A stretch of 64,000 bases of DNA, from contig JBLNEW010000012.1 of the NCBI GenBank assembly GCA_050263095.1, positions 7,572 through 71,571 of the forward strand. The letters are read 5' to 3'. This document shows, piece after piece, positions 1-10,168 of the stretch (positions are counted from its first letter, which is position 1; every line of letters starts with the position of its first letter). The position numbers and the translations under genes are program-made. The notes under the pieces were generated by a model. It ran no database searches, had not been told where the DNA came from, and saw only the letters and a program-made list of their open reading frames with translations. This DNA is from Deltaproteobacteria bacterium (lineage in GTDB: Bacteria; Desulfobacterota; Deferrimicrobia; Deferrimicrobiales; Deferrimicrobiaceae).

Positions 1-8
1 TGATCGTC

Positions 9-2954
9 ATGGTCGGGACCTTCTACAGCGAGAGCATCCACCGGCACGTGCTTCACGCCTACCCGGGGCGGCTGCCCTACACGGCCGCCCAGTCCGCCAA
101 GCTTGCGCTCGGCGATTACCTTGCCTGGATGCTCGCGGACAGGAACGTCACCGTCCTGTCGCTCAACCCGGCGGCCGTGGCGACGGAGCGGATCCAGAGG
201 GGATCCGGGGTATTCGACAAGGGCTCCAAGGCCAGGGCAAGGATAGGCAGGAAGGTATCCCCCGAGGCGCTCGAGCGGGACACCCTCGAACGGACCGTGG
301 GGCACGAGTTCGTGCTGCCCGGGGATTTCGCTAGGGTTGCGCTGAAGGTCCAGAATATAGTTTTTCGCAGGACGATCGGCGGGCAGCGCCTTCCGATGGG
401 CGGCGTGACCTACGAGCAGCCTCCGGGCGTCATCCCGTCGCCGGCGTCTCTGGGCCGCTACCCTGACATGGTGGGGAAGGTCGCCCTGGTCGCCCTGCAC
501 GGGGTCCAGGGAAGCGACGCCCCGCTGATAGAAGCGTCCGCAAAGGCGCTCGCGCGTTCCGGGGCGAACGTCGTCCTCGCCGGAACCAGGCCCGAGGACC
601 TGGAACAGCTTGCCCTCCAGATAAACTCCGCCGGGGGCGAGGGGATGGCCACCGTCTCGGCCGTGAACCTTTCGCGGCCCGCCGAGGTCCAGGAGCTTTT
701 CGACGGCCTCCCCCGCATCGACCTGCTGCTCCATTTCACGGGAAACGTCGACTGGAAACGTCCCCTGACCCATCTTCCCTTCGAGGAATGGAACGCGTAC
801 GTGGACCGGTTCGGATTCATCCCCCGGCTCCTGTGCTGGCAGGCGGAGCGCCGCATGGACCGGGACAAGACGGGCGGCACCGTCGCCATCGTCGGCCCGG
901 ACCTCTCCGGCGTCCCCTCCATACGCGAACGGAACCTGGTCCAGGTGTTCCAGGCGATGCTGCGCCCCGCGGTCGCCACCGAATCCATGGAGCGCGCGCT
1001 GATGCGCAAGGCTCAGGCCGAGAGCACGGCGCCGTCGCACGTAAGCGAAATCAACCTGGGCCTTGTCCTTCCCGGGAGGACGGACGGCCGGAACAAAACG
1101 GCGAGCGCCGCAAAAACGGCGGCCACCGTCCTGTGGCTTGTCGAGGACGGAAAGCAGGTTTCGGGGGCCGCGATCCTGCCCGACGAGCAGAACAGCATAG
1201 CCCGCCTGCCCGAGGAGCCGCGCGAAGCATCAGGCTCCACCGCGGGAAAAGTCGTCGTTGTCACCGGCGGCATGCGGAACCTCGGCAAGGAGATTTCGCT
1301 GCGCTTCGCCTCCGAACGGGCGACCGTCGTCATCGCAAGCAGGCGCCCGCGCGCCGCCGGAGGATCACCCGAAGAGGCGGAAAAGGCGCGCGCGGAGATG
1401 GCTGCCGCGGACGCCGTCCTTGCGGAGATGCGCCGCCGCGGAGGACGCTCCCTGTGGGTAGACTCCGACGTTTCCCGCCCCCGGAGAGTTCAGGCGCTGA
1501 TCGAGGAGACGCGGAACCGCTTCGGAAGGATCGATGCCTTCGTGAACAACGCCGGCGCCGGAGGAGAATTTTCACTGATCGGCGACGTCCTGAGGGAACA
1601 CAGGCAGAGCTGGGACGCGGTCTTAAGGGCGAATTTCCTCGGCCCCTGGACAGCCGTCTCCCTTCTGCGGGAAATAATGAAAGGCCAGCCCGGCGGAGGA
1701 TCGATCGTCAACGTGTCCACGCACTATGCGGACCACCCGTACCTCTTCCGGACGATCTACACGGTTTCCAAGATCCTGCTCAAGGCGCTGACGCTTTCGC
1801 TGGCGCCGCGCCTCGCGGGCGAGAACATCCACATGGCGGACGTCGCCCCCAGCCTGATCGCCGGTCCCCGCATGGACTGGGTGATGCGGAATTACGCCGG
1901 CAAGTTCGCGGAGCAGTTCGGATCGCTGCGCGACCTCCGCGGCCCGGAAACCAAGGTGCTGCAGGAGCGGTTCGTCCGCTGCTTCGACAGGTCCCTTCCG
2001 CTTCCGGAGCGGGAAGCCTCCGCGAAGGCCTTTATTTCCTCGGTCCGCGGGAGCGGCATGCCGAAGTCCAGGCGGGAAGAAATGGAATCGTGGTTCGCGC
2101 GCATACGGGAATGGTTCGTCGCAACCGTGCCGGACGACCCTCCTACGAACGAGCAGGTCTCGGACGCCGTTCTCTTCGCCGCGAAGAACGCGAGGTTCCT
2201 GGAGGACCGCTTCGTCGGAGTCTCCCCTCTTCCGTCCTTCACCTCGTTCCCGGGGGAGTCTCACGCAAAAAAGGAAAGCATCTCCGGCGAGCCGTTTCTT
2301 TTCCTCTCCATGGGAGTGAGCGACGGATACGGCGACGGGCTGGAGGAAGCCATCCGCGGCGCGGGCGGCGTGGTTACATCGCTTGTCGAACCCCCTTCCT
2401 CCGCCGGCCGGGTGGACATCTCGCGTCCGGCGCCGGGGGCCGGGGCCGGCGGCAAGCGCCGTACGTTCGAAAAGATCTCACGTGACCTCGACCTTACCGA
2501 TCCCAGGCTCCTGGAGCCATGGCTGGACAATACCCTCCTCGGCGGAGCCCCTCCGGCAGGGGCGGTCCTGTGCCTGGGCACCTCCGCTTCGGGCAGGCCG
2601 GTAACGGGATTCGGCGCCGACGAGATGGAAGGATTCATCGTCCACATCGGCAAGGCGCTCAACTCCTTCGCCGAGTCCCTCAGGGCAGTCCGCGAACACG
2701 GCCACGTGGTCGTGATCGTTCCGCCCGCCGTCTCCGAGGAGGCGCATCTCGTACGCGCCGCGGCGCGCCAGATGGTCCGCACCTGCCTCGCGGAACAGCA
2801 CTTCCTTCCCGTCGGGAAAAAGGTGCGGGTGAGCCTGCTCCCGGCTCCCGCGGCACAGGAGGGGCGCGCGTTCCGCCAACGCCTGGCCGACATGCTCTCC
2901 GGGCAGGCCCCTCCCGCGGTCGAGCCGATCCCCATGGGCCGCCCTCGCCCGTAA
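9..2954 (+). CDS. Multi-domain short-chain dehydrogenase/reductase (SDR) family protein, about 980 aa, probably 5'-truncated by the window edge
   Basis: The ORF starts 8 nt from the window edge and its first residues look like the tail of an SDR domain. Two or three further Rossmann/SDR-like segments follow: a glycine-rich VVVVTGGMRNLGK, NNAGAGG, and an active-site-like YTVSK (YxxxK). GC-rich codon usage is consistent with the rest of the window. Confidence 0.5.
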   Translation: MVGTFYSESIHRHVLHAYPGRLPYTAAQSAKLALGDYLAWMLADRNVTVLSLNPAAVATERIQRGSGVFDKGSKARARIGRKVSPEALERDTLERTVGHEFVLPGDFARVALKVQNIVFRRTIGGQRLPMGGVTYEQPPGVIPSPASLGRYPDMVGKVALVALHGVQGSDAPLIEASAKALARSGANVVLAGTRPEDLEQLALQINSAGGEGMATVSAVNLSRPAEVQELFDGLPRIDLLLHFTGNVDWKRPLTHLPFEEWNAYVDRFGFIPRLLCWQAERRMDRDKTGGTVAIVGPDLSGVPSIRERNLVQVFQAMLRPAVATESMERALMRKAQAESTAPSHVSEINLGLVLPGRTDGRNKTASAAKTAATVLWLVEDGKQVSGAAILPDEQNSIARLPEEPREASGSTAGKVVVVTGGMRNLGKEISLRFASERATVVIASRRPRAAGGSPEEAEKARAEMAAADAVLAEMRRRGGRSLWVDSDVSRPRRVQALIEETRNRFGRIDAFVNNAGAGGEFSLIGDVLREHRQSWDAVLRANFLGPWTAVSLLREIMKGQPGGGSIVNVSTHYADHPYLFRTIYTVSKILLKALTLSLAPRLAGENIHMADVAPSLIAGPRMDWVMRNYAGKFAEQFGSLRDLRGPETKVLQERFVRCFDRSLPLPEREASAKAFISSVRGSGMPKSRREEMESWFARIREWFVATVPDDPPTNEQVSDAVLFAAKNARFLEDRFVGVSPLPSFTSFPGESHAKKESISGEPFLFLSMGVSDGYGDGLEEAIRGAGGVVTSLVEPPSSAGRVDISRPAPGAGAGGKRRTFEKISRDLDLTDPRLLEPWLDNTLLGGAPPAGAVLCLGTSASGRPVTGFGADEMEGFIVHIGKALNSFAESLRAVREHGHVVVIVPPAVSEEAHLVRAAARQMVRTCLAEQHFLPVGKKVRVSLLPAPAAQEGRAFRQRLADMLSGQAPPAVEPIPMGRPRP

Positions 2955-2993
2955 ATCATCGGCAGGGTAGATTATGCGCCGGCAGGTCCGCGC

Positions 2994-3938
2994 CTACCGT
3001 TCCGGGTAAGCTGACGAAAGCCGGTCGACCTCCGCCCGGACGGCCTCGCGCAATTCCTTCGGCGCCGTGACTTCCGCCTCTTCGCCGTGCAGAAGGACAA
3101 GCCCCAGGACCTCCTGGAAGCGGGCTTCGGGCAGTTCGAGCACGACCGCCCCGGAAAGCTCCGGCTGCAAGCGCCGGCCCGGGCGCCAGGCCTGCGCCGA
3201 AACCCACCCGGCCTTTCCCCGGGCGAAACGTATTCGCGCGTTCCGCACCTTCCCGCCCCGCAACCCTTTTCGGACCGCGGCGTCCGCGTCGATGCCGACC
3301 TTCGGCGGCGTGAAATTCCGCCCCGTCACCTCGACCCGCCTTATGCTCGAAAGCGGATGACGGAACGCCCTTTTTTGCCTTGGGGAGATCCCTATCAGGT
3401 GCCACGCCCCGCGGTAATAGTGCAGCTTCAGCGGCTCCACCTCCCCGCCGGCGGATTCGCTTCCCTGGCGGGAGTCGAAACGCAGCAGCACCGCCCTGCG
3501 CCGGGTGATCGCACGCAGGAGGTCGAAAAACACCTTGTCAGGCGCATCGCCTCCCCTGTCTGCCTCGAAGGATACCGCCTCCTCCGCGTTCGAAAGCGCG
3601 GTCGCCTTGAACAGCTCGTCGAGCCGGCCGCAAACTTCCGCGGCCTCGTCCCTCAACGGAGGCTTGATCCGCCTGAAGAGGCGCCTGGCGAACAGCAGGG
3701 CTATCACCTCGTCTTTCCGGAAGAAGGCCTGCGGCAGGTAGAACTCGGGATCGCCGTAAACGTACCCCCTGGCGGCGGCGTCGAACTTCAGGGGCGCCTG
3801 GAGCCGATCGCGCAGGAATTCGATGTCCCGCTGGGCGGTCCGCAGCGAAACCCTGAAATGGGCGGCAAGGTCCGCGGACGCCGGGCGGCTCCCCGCGCGG
3901 ATGCGCTCGTCGAGCCACATGACCCGTTCCATCGTCAT
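2994..3938 (-). CDS. WYL-domain transcriptional regulator (N-terminal HTH plus WYL)
   Basis: N-terminal HTH-like segment (LAAHFRVSLRTAQRDIEFL). WYL signature YYRGAWHLIGISPRQKRAFRHPLSSIRRV. A GGAGG RBS lies about 10 nt upstream of ATG 3938. The longer ORF to 4094 has no RBS and overlaps livF. Confidence 0.6.
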   Translation of the reverse strand: MTMERVMWLDERIRAGSRPASADLAAHFRVSLRTAQRDIEFLRDRLQAPLKFDAAARGYVYGDPEFYLPQAFFRKDEVIALLFARRLFRRIKPPLRDEAAEVCGRLDELFKATALSNAEEAVSFEADRGGDAPDKVFFDLLRAITRRRAVLLRFDSRQGSESAGGEVEPLKLHYYRGAWHLIGISPRQKRAFRHPLSSIRRVEVTGRNFTPPKVGIDADAAVRKGLRGGKVRNARIRFARGKAGWVSAQAWRPGRRLQPELSGAVVLELPEARFQEVLGLVLLHGEEAEVTAPKELREAVRAEVDRLSSAYPER

Positions 3939-3939
3939 T

Positions 3940-4662
3940 TCATTCGACCTCCGGCAGGTCGCCCAGGTAGGCCGCCTGCACCCTGGGATCGTTCTGCAGG
4001 TCGGCCGGGTTCCCGTGCAAGACGATCCTTCCCGCCTCCAGCACATATGCCCGATGCGCGACGGACATCGCCATGCATGCGTTTTGCTCGACAAGCAGGA
4101 CGGCGGCGCCGTTCCGGTTGACCTCGCCGATCATCTCGAATATCTCCCTTACGAGCAGCGGGGAAAGACCCATCGAGGGCTCGTCCAGAAGCATAAGGGC
4201 CGGGCCGGCCGCGAGAGCCCTGCCGAGGGCCAGCATCTGCTGCTCCCCGCCCGAGAGAGTGCCCGCCTGCTGGCCGGAACGCTGCGCGAGCCGCGGGAAA
4301 AGCGAGTATACCCTTTCGAGCGATTCCGCCGTCTCCCGCCCCGGCCGCCGCGTGTAGGCGCCCATGTGCAGGTTTTCCCCTACCGTCATGTTTGCGAAGA
4401 TCCCCCGCCCCTCGGGCACGTGGGAAATTCCCATCCTGGCGATCCGGTGTTGCGGAAGTCCCGCCAGGTCCCTGCCGTTGAACTCGATTTTTCCGGAGCG
4501 CGGCGCAAGTACGCCCGAGATCGCCTTCAGTGCGGTTGTCTTCCCCGCTCCGTTGGCCCCGACAAGGGACACGATCTCCCCCGCGCCGACGCTCATGGAT
4601 ACGTCCCGCAGCGCATGAAGATTATCGTGATATACGTTTATATTTTCGATATTTAAAAGCAT
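3940..4662 (-). CDS. livF: Branched-chain amino acid ABC transporter ATP-binding protein LivF
   Basis: Walker A GANGAGKTT, ABC signature LSGGEQQ, Walker B LLLDEP. Typical LivF length (240 aa). Confidence 0.85.
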   Translation of the reverse strand: MLLNIENINVYHDNLHALRDVSMSVGAGEIVSLVGANGAGKTTALKAISGVLAPRSGKIEFNGRDLAGLPQHRIARMGISHVPEGRGIFANMTVGENLHMGAYTRRPGRETAESLERVYSLFPRLAQRSGQQAGTLSGGEQQMLALGRALAAGPALMLLDEPSMGLSPLLVREIFEMIGEVNRNGAAVLLVEQNACMAMSVAHRAYVLEAGRIVLHGNPADLQNDPRVQAAYLGDLPEVE

Positions 4663-4683
4663 ATATTCAACTTTTGCATCACT

Positions 4684-5460
4684 TCATTTCCCGTCCCGGG
4701 AATCCTTGCCAAGGTACGCCTCTATCACGCGCGGATCGTTTCGTATCTCGCGAGGGGTTCCCCGCGCGATCACTTCGCCGAAATCCATGACCACGATCCT
4801 CTCGCAGATGCCCATGACCAGGCGCATCTGGTGCTCGATAAGAAGGATCGCCAGCTTGTACCGTGTCCTGATTCCGAGGATGAATTCCATCAGCTTCCCC
4901 ACCTCGGAGGCGTTCATGCCGGCGGCGGGCTCGTCCAGGAGCAGCAGGTCCGGCTCGGATGCGAGCGCCCTCGCGATTTCAAGCCTCCTCTGGTCCCCGT
5001 ACGGGAGATTTCGCGCAAGGTCGTCTCTGCGGTCCTGCAGGGAGAACAGCGAAAGCAGGTCCATGGCCTTTTCCCTTATCTCCCTCTCGCCAGCGTGAAA
5101 TCCTTCCGACCGGCACACTGCCGATATCGGCCCGTACCGGACGTTCGGATGGCAGGCGGCCCTCACGTTGTCCATCGCCGAAAGATTCCTGAACAGGCGG
5201 ATGTTCTGGAACGTACGGGCGATCCCGAGCCTGCTGATGGCGTGCTGCGGAAGCCCCGAGATCCGCTCCCCCCCCAACGTCACGGTCCCGCGGTCCGGCC
5301 GGTAGATTCCCGTTATCACGTTGAACACGGTCGTCTTCCCCGAGCCGTTCGGGCCGATCATGCCGACCAGCTCCCCGGCGCCCACCTGCAGGTCCACGCC
5401 GTTCAGCGCCTTTATCCCGCCGAAATTCTTTGCCAGCCCGCTCGCCTCCAGGATGTTCAT
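4684..5460 (-). CDS. livG: Branched-chain amino acid ABC transporter ATP-binding protein LivG
   Basis: MNILEASGLAKNFGGIKAL..GPNGSGKTT, LPYGDQRRLEIARAL, LLLDEPAAG. The internal ATG at 5460 overlaps the livM stop (ATGA). The upstream part of the track ORF is antisense noise. Confidence 0.85.
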   Translation of the reverse strand: MNILEASGLAKNFGGIKALNGVDLQVGAGELVGMIGPNGSGKTTVFNVITGIYRPDRGTVTLGGERISGLPQHAISRLGIARTFQNIRLFRNLSAMDNVRAACHPNVRYGPISAVCRSEGFHAGEREIREKAMDLLSLFSLQDRRDDLARNLPYGDQRRLEIARALASEPDLLLLDEPAAGMNASEVGKLMEFILGIRTRYKLAILLIEHQMRLVMGICERIVVMDFGEVIARGTPREIRNDPRVIEAYLGKDSRDGK

Positions 5461-6425
5461 TCCGAAGCGTCCCGCAGGAACCGGAATTCCCTGATCCCGA
5501 ACAGCCCCTGGGGCCGCCGAAGCATCGTGACAACAAGGAGAACGGGGATAAGCACCCAGCGCAGCTCTATGTAGTCCGGCGGCAGCGCCACCCGCAATCC
5601 CTCCAGGAGGAAGATCCAGCCGAAGGAGGCGACGAGCGTCCCGCTCATGTTTCCCAGCCCGCCCAGCACGACGATCATCAGGACGTCCACCGACTTGAAG
5701 AAATCGAAGTTGCTCGGATGCAGGAAGGCGTAGAGATGCGCATAAAGCCCCCCGGCGACCCCCGCGAAGGAACAGCCGACGACGAACCCCGCCATCTTGT
5801 ACCCGAACGTGTCTATCCCGGCGGCCCCGGCGGCTATCTCGTCCTCCCGGATCGCGACGAGGGCGCGCCCGTAGCTTGAATAAACAAGGTTCCGGGCGGC
5901 GAAAAGGGAGGTGCCGAGGAACATGACGGCCCACGCGACCCCCGTCATCTTCGGGATTCCGGTCATCCCCCTCGCACCCCCAAGATGGGGCAGGAATGCG
6001 TCCGCGTTGTCGAAGACGACCTTCATGATGATCCCGAATCCCAGCGTGGCGATGCCGAGGTAGTCCGACGTGAGCCTCAAGGTCGAAAGCCCGACGAGCC
6101 AGGCGATCAGCCCAGCGCCGGCCCCGCCGGCCAGGAGCGAGGCCAGGAAGAACGCCTGCGATTCCCCGCCGCAGGTTTTCATGAGGAGCGCCGCGCAGTA
6201 GGCGCCGATGCCGTAGAAAGCGGCGTGCCCGAGGGAAAACAGCCCGGTGAATCCGTAGATGACGTTGAGCCCGAGGGCGGAAACGGCAGTTATGCAGGCA
6301 AGCTGGAATATCTGGATCCAGTACAAATTGACGGCGCCCGCGGCCGAAAGGACGGTTCCCGCCGCGGCCGCGGCGGCGAAGGGCGCCATGAACCTGGCCA
6401 GGCCGAGAATCGGTTTCATGCCCAT
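5457..6425 (-). CDS. livM: Branched-chain amino acid ABC transporter permease LivM
   Basis: Polytopic membrane protein with a LivM-like hydrophobic profile. It sits between the livH and livG homologues. Confidence 0.8.
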   Translation of the reverse strand: MGMKPILGLARFMAPFAAAAAAGTVLSAAGAVNLYWIQIFQLACITAVSALGLNVIYGFTGLFSLGHAAFYGIGAYCAALLMKTCGGESQAFFLASLLAGGAGAGLIAWLVGLSTLRLTSDYLGIATLGFGIIMKVVFDNADAFLPHLGGARGMTGIPKMTGVAWAVMFLGTSLFAARNLVYSSYGRALVAIREDEIAAGAAGIDTFGYKMAGFVVGCSFAGVAGGLYAHLYAFLHPSNFDFFKSVDVLMIVVLGGLGNMSGTLVASFGWIFLLEGLRVALPPDYIELRWVLIPVLLVVTMLRRPQGLFGIREFRFLRDASE

Positions 6426-6426
6426 C

Positions 6427-7311
6427 CTAGACCTTCTCCGTCCGCTGGGTGCCGAGAATGCCGGTTGGCCGCACGAGGAGGACGAGGATCAGGATGAGGA
6501 ACGCGATGCCGTCCCGGTAAGTCGACGACAGGTAGGCCGAAGTCAGCGTTTCCGCCTGGCCCATGATAAGTCCGCCCAGCACGGCCCCCGGGATGCTCCC
6601 GATCCCCCCCAGGACAGCGGCCGTGAAGGCCTTGAGCCCCGGCATGACCCCCATGAAGGTGTTTATCTGCGGATAGGCGAAGCCGTAGAGCACTCCGCCC
6701 ACGCCGGCAAGGGCCGCCCCCAGTCCGAACGTGACGGATATCGTCAGGTCGACGTTCACTCCCATGAGACCTGCCGTCACGTGGTCGTGCGAGACCGCCC
6801 GCATCGCCCTGCCCAGCCTGGTCTTGCGGACGACGAACTGCAGCAGGACAAGGCAGCACAGCGTGACCGCGAAGATGATCGCCTGGATGTTGGTGATCGC
6901 CAGGTTGCGGAACTCCCATGCGGATACGGCGAACGGCCTTGGAAACGGATAGAAGTTCGGGCCGAAGACCTGGCGCAGCGAGGTGAAATATTCGAGGAAA
7001 AGGGATACCCCGATAGCCGTGATGAGCGACGCGATCCTGGGAGCGTTCCGCAGAGGGCGGTATGCGACCCGCTCCATGGCGATCGCCAGGAGGGCGCACC
7101 CGCAGATTGCGAGCAGGAACACGGCAAGGAGCGGGAGGCGGGCTCCCTCGATCGCGTAGAGGCCTATGAAAGCGCCCACCATGAAGACGTCGCCATGGGC
7201 GAAATTTATCAGCCGCACGATGCCGTACACCATCGTGTAGCCAAGGGCGATCAGGGCGTAAACGAACCCCAGCTGAAGCCCGTTAACGACCTGCTGAAGG
7301 AAATAATCCAC
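6427..7311 (-). CDS. livH: Branched-chain amino acid ABC transporter permease LivH
   Basis: MDYFLQQVVNGLQLGFVYALIALGYTMVYG... is a typical LivH N-terminus. Eight or more TM segments. Confidence 0.85.
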   Translation of the reverse strand: MDYFLQQVVNGLQLGFVYALIALGYTMVYGIVRLINFAHGDVFMVGAFIGLYAIEGARLPLLAVFLLAICGCALLAIAMERVAYRPLRNAPRIASLITAIGVSLFLEYFTSLRQVFGPNFYPFPRPFAVSAWEFRNLAITNIQAIIFAVTLCCLVLLQFVVRKTRLGRAMRAVSHDHVTAGLMGVNVDLTISVTFGLGAALAGVGGVLYGFAYPQINTFMGVMPGLKAFTAAVLGGIGSIPGAVLGGLIMGQAETLTSAYLSSTYRDGIAFLILILVLLVRPTGILGTQRTEKV

Positions 7312-7323
7312 CCGGGCCCGCCG

Positions 7324-8457
7324 TCAGGGACTCACCTCCTTGACGAATTTCTGCCTGCCGCCGGCTATCTGCAGGATCACGGCGCTCTTGATTGCGTTCC
7401 CGTTGGGGTCCATCGCGGATTCCCCGGTCACCCCCTTGAATCCTTTTATCGAGGCGAGCGCCTCGCGGATCTTGCGCGGATCGTCGGAGTCGGCCTTGCG
7501 GATCGCCTCGAGCATCAGGTTGGTGCCGTCGTATGCCAGGGTCCCCAGCGCGTCCGGCGTCTGCCCGAACTTGTCCCTGTACTTCTTCACCCAGGCGACC
7601 ACTTCGGGGCGCGTGTCGTCGGCGGAATAGTGGTTGGAGAAATACCCCCCTTCGATCGCGTTCCCGGCGACCTTCACCAGGTCCGGGGAATCCCAGCCGT
7701 CGGGGCCTACAAGCGTCGCATTGATCCCCTTCTCCCTTGCCTGCCGCGCGATGAGGCCTACCTTGTTGTAGTAGTCCGGCAGGAAGAGCACTTCGGGGCC
7801 CGAGGCCTTCACCTTGGTGAGAAGCGCGGAGAAATCGACGTCGTCCTTTCCGTACGACTCGTACGCCACCACCGTGCCTCCCATCAGCCTGAACGCGTCG
7901 GCGAAATACTCTGCGATCCCCTTGGAATAGTCGTTCGAGGCGTCGTACAGGACGGCCGCCTTGTCCTTCATGAGCGACTCCCTCGCGAACTTGGCCATCA
8001 CCCTTCCCTGGAACGGGTCGATGAAGCAGGACCGGAACATGAAATCCTTTCGCTTCGCGTCTGCGACGGTCACCTTTGGATTGGTGGCTGTCGGGGTGAG
8101 TGTGGGAATTTTTCCGCTCTGCGCCATGTCGGAAACCGGAATCGCGGCCTTGGAGGTGACCGAGCCGATGATCGCGCGGACCTTGTGCTGGTTGATCAGC
8201 AGGTTCGCCGCGTTGCTTGCCTCGGTCGGGTCGTTCCTGTCGTCGACCACGACAGTGACGATCTTCATGCCCGCGACGCCGCCCGCCTTGTTCGCCTCGT
8301 CGACCGCGATCTCGAAGGAGTTCCGCACCGATTCGCCGTAGGTCTTGACGTCTCCCGTCAGCGGCGTTATCAGCCCGATCTTGATTTCCTTGGCCGGGGG
8401 CGCCTTGCACCCCCACAGAGCAAGCGCAAGCGCTGCGACGATCGCCGCCTTTTTCAC
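7324..8457 (-). CDS. livK: Branched-chain amino acid ABC transporter substrate-binding lipoprotein (LivK/LivJ family)
   Basis: Lipoprotein signal KKAAIVAALALALWGC. Periplasmic-binding-protein type I fold motifs. GTG start at 8457 preceded by GGGAGGA. The longer ATG ORF to 8496 lacks an RBS. Confidence 0.8.
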   Translation of the reverse strand: MKKAAIVAALALALWGCKAPPAKEIKIGLITPLTGDVKTYGESVRNSFEIAVDEANKAGGVAGMKIVTVVVDDRNDPTEASNAANLLINQHKVRAIIGSVTSKAAIPVSDMAQSGKIPTLTPTATNPKVTVADAKRKDFMFRSCFIDPFQGRVMAKFARESLMKDKAAVLYDASNDYSKGIAEYFADAFRLMGGTVVAYESYGKDDVDFSALLTKVKASGPEVLFLPDYYNKVGLIARQAREKGINATLVGPDGWDSPDLVKVAGNAIEGGYFSNHYSADDTRPEVVAWVKKYRDKFGQTPDALGTLAYDGTNLMLEAIRKADSDDPRKIREALASIKGFKGVTGESAMDPNGNAIKSAVILQIAGGRQKFVKEVSP

Positions 8458-8576
8458 CCGATCCTCCCGACCCGTCCGGTTAAGTTCCGCCTTCAATGCC
8501 CTATCCTATTTTAAAGTTTCGCGTTTCGTGTAGACCTTTTTTTTATGCCGCCGGCTGTGCGGCCCGCGGAATTATC

Positions 8577-9746
8577 TCAACGGTTCCCGGGTTGAACGGA
8601 TCGTTTATCCTGCGGATTCGCGTAGCTGATCCGATATATCGCCCCCGCCTTGTCGTCGGAAACGAGAAGCGCCCCGTCCGGCATGACAAGCACGTCCACC
8701 GGACGGCCCCAGGCGCTGCCTCCCTTGAGCCACCCTTGAGCGAAAGTTTCATAGCTCGCCGCGCGTCCGCCTTTCAGCCTGACCAGCGAAACACGGTAAC
8801 CGACGGGGCTGCTGCGGTTCCAGGACCCGTGCTCCGCGATGAAGATCTGGTTCCTGTATTCCGCCGGAAACATGCTCCCCGTGTAGAATCGCATGCCCAA
8901 CGACGCAACGTGGGCCCCGAGCTCCATTTCGGGCGGCGTGATTTCCCGTCCGGCGGCCCTGCCTCCGAAATCCGGGTCGCGCACGTCCTTCCCGTGCCGG
9001 TAAGGGAAACCGAAGTGCATCCCCTTCCGGGGGGCCCGGTTCAGTTCGTCCGGAGGCCTGTCGTCGCCCAGCCAGTCCCGACCGTTGTCGGTGAACCAGA
9101 GCTCTTTCGTCTCCGGGTTCCAGTCGAATCCGACAGTATTCCGCACGCCTGCGGCGAACGACTCGAGGGCCGTGCCGTCAGGCTTCATGCGCATGATGGA
9201 GGCGTACCTCGGGTCCTTTTCCTCGCAGACGTTGCACGGAGCGCCGACCGGCACGTAAAGATACCCGTCCGGCCCGAACCGGATGAACTTCCAGCCATGA
9301 TGGGTATCGCGCGGGAAGGTGTCTTTGACGACGGCGGGCTTCGGCGGATCCTTCAGGCGGGCCTCGATGCCGTCGTACCGCAGCACCCGGCTCACCTCCG
9401 CCACGAAGAGCGCTCCGTCCCGGAACGCCACTCCGTTCGGCATGTTCAGTCCCCTGGCGACGGTGATGACCTCGTCGGCGCGGCCTTTCCCGCCGCGATC
9501 GAGCACCGCGTAGACGTTTCCCGCAGTGCGCGTTCCGACGAACAGGATTCCTCCGGGAGAGATCGCCATCGAACGGGCGCCCGGCACGCCGGCGGCATAT
9601 ACGTCGATCCGGAAGCCGGGAGGCAGGCGGATGTCGCCGAGCGGCGCGTCGGCCCCCCGGCACGCCGCGGCGTACAGTAAAACCGTCAGCAGCAGCGCGG
9701 CGCCCGGACCCGCCCTGCGGAGTGCTTTCAAGACTTCGCGGGACAC
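8577..9746 (-). CDS. PQQ-dependent sugar (sorbosone/glucose) dehydrogenase family protein, secreted
   Basis: Signal peptide ([12 protein letters not shown]). Beta-propeller soluble quinoprotein dehydrogenase signatures ([30 protein letters not shown]). GTG start at 9746 with GGGAGG upstream. Confidence 0.6.
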   Translation of the reverse strand: MSREVLKALRRAGPGAALLLTVLLYAAACRGADAPLGDIRLPPGFRIDVYAAGVPGARSMAISPGGILFVGTRTAGNVYAVLDRGGKGRADEVITVARGLNMPNGVAFRDGALFVAEVSRVLRYDGIEARLKDPPKPAVVKDTFPRDTHHGWKFIRFGPDGYLYVPVGAPCNVCEEKDPRYASIMRMKPDGTALESFAAGVRNTVGFDWNPETKELWFTDNGRDWLGDDRPPDELNRAPRKGMHFGFPYRHGKDVRDPDFGGRAAGREITPPEMELGAHVASLGMRFYTGSMFPAEYRNQIFIAEHGSWNRSSPVGYRVSLVRLKGGRAASYETFAQGWLKGGSAWGRPVDVLVMPDGALLVSDDKAGAIYRISYANPQDKRSVQPGNR

Positions 9747-9763
9747 GGCCTGCTCCCGCCTCC

Positions 9764-10135
9764 CTAGACGAGGGGCCTCGCCTCGATGACCCTGAAGCAG
9801 GCCACGTACTTGACGGCGGCACCTGCCTGCGGATTCACCGCCCTGGAGGCGCGGGCGCGTATCTCTTCCAGCAATTTCCCGGAGGTCTCGACGTTGGCAA
9901 GCTCGAGGGTCAGCCGGACCCCTTTTCCGTTGCCGTCCGGCGAGAAATAGATGTAAGAGGCATGCGGATTCTCCATCGCGAACCGGTAGGTCCGGCCTTC
10001 CGTCATCCCCCACGCCACCGTTTCCTCGTCGATGACTCGAGGGACTGCGTACACCGCGGTATTGACGGCCCCGTCCGCGCCGGACGTCGCCATTACGCCG
10101 GTGCCACCTTCCTTGAATCGCTCCTCAAGCTTCAT
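9764..10135 (-). CDS. Pyridoxamine 5'-phosphate oxidase-like FMN-binding protein
   Basis: About 120 aa split-barrel-like sequence. Strong RBS (AAAGGGGGAG) 5 nt before ATG 10135. Confidence 0.4.
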   Translation of the reverse strand: MKLEERFKEGGTGVMATSGADGAVNTAVYAVPRVIDEETVAWGMTEGRTYRFAMENPHASYIYFSPDGNGKGVRLTLELANVETSGKLLEEIRARASRAVNPQAGAAVKYVACFRVIEARPLV

Positions 10136-10168
10136 GCGCTCCCCCTTTTCGGCGCGCTTCCCCCGCGC

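Noticed and set aside
788-2485. 565-aa Arg/Gly-rich ORF in an alternative frame inside the SDR gene
   Set aside because: Typical high-GC shadow ORF. Extreme R/G/P composition, no motifs, and it fully overlaps a gene with clear SDR signatures.
6259-8514. 751-aa plus-strand ORF across livH and livK
   Set aside because: Antisense to well-supported liv genes. Low-complexity R/D/G-rich translation.
8497-8576. T8 tract adjacent to a GC-rich imperfect palindrome upstream of livK
   Set aside because: The T/A run is on the wrong side of the stem for either strand to act as an intrinsic terminator. More likely promoter DNA of the liv operon.
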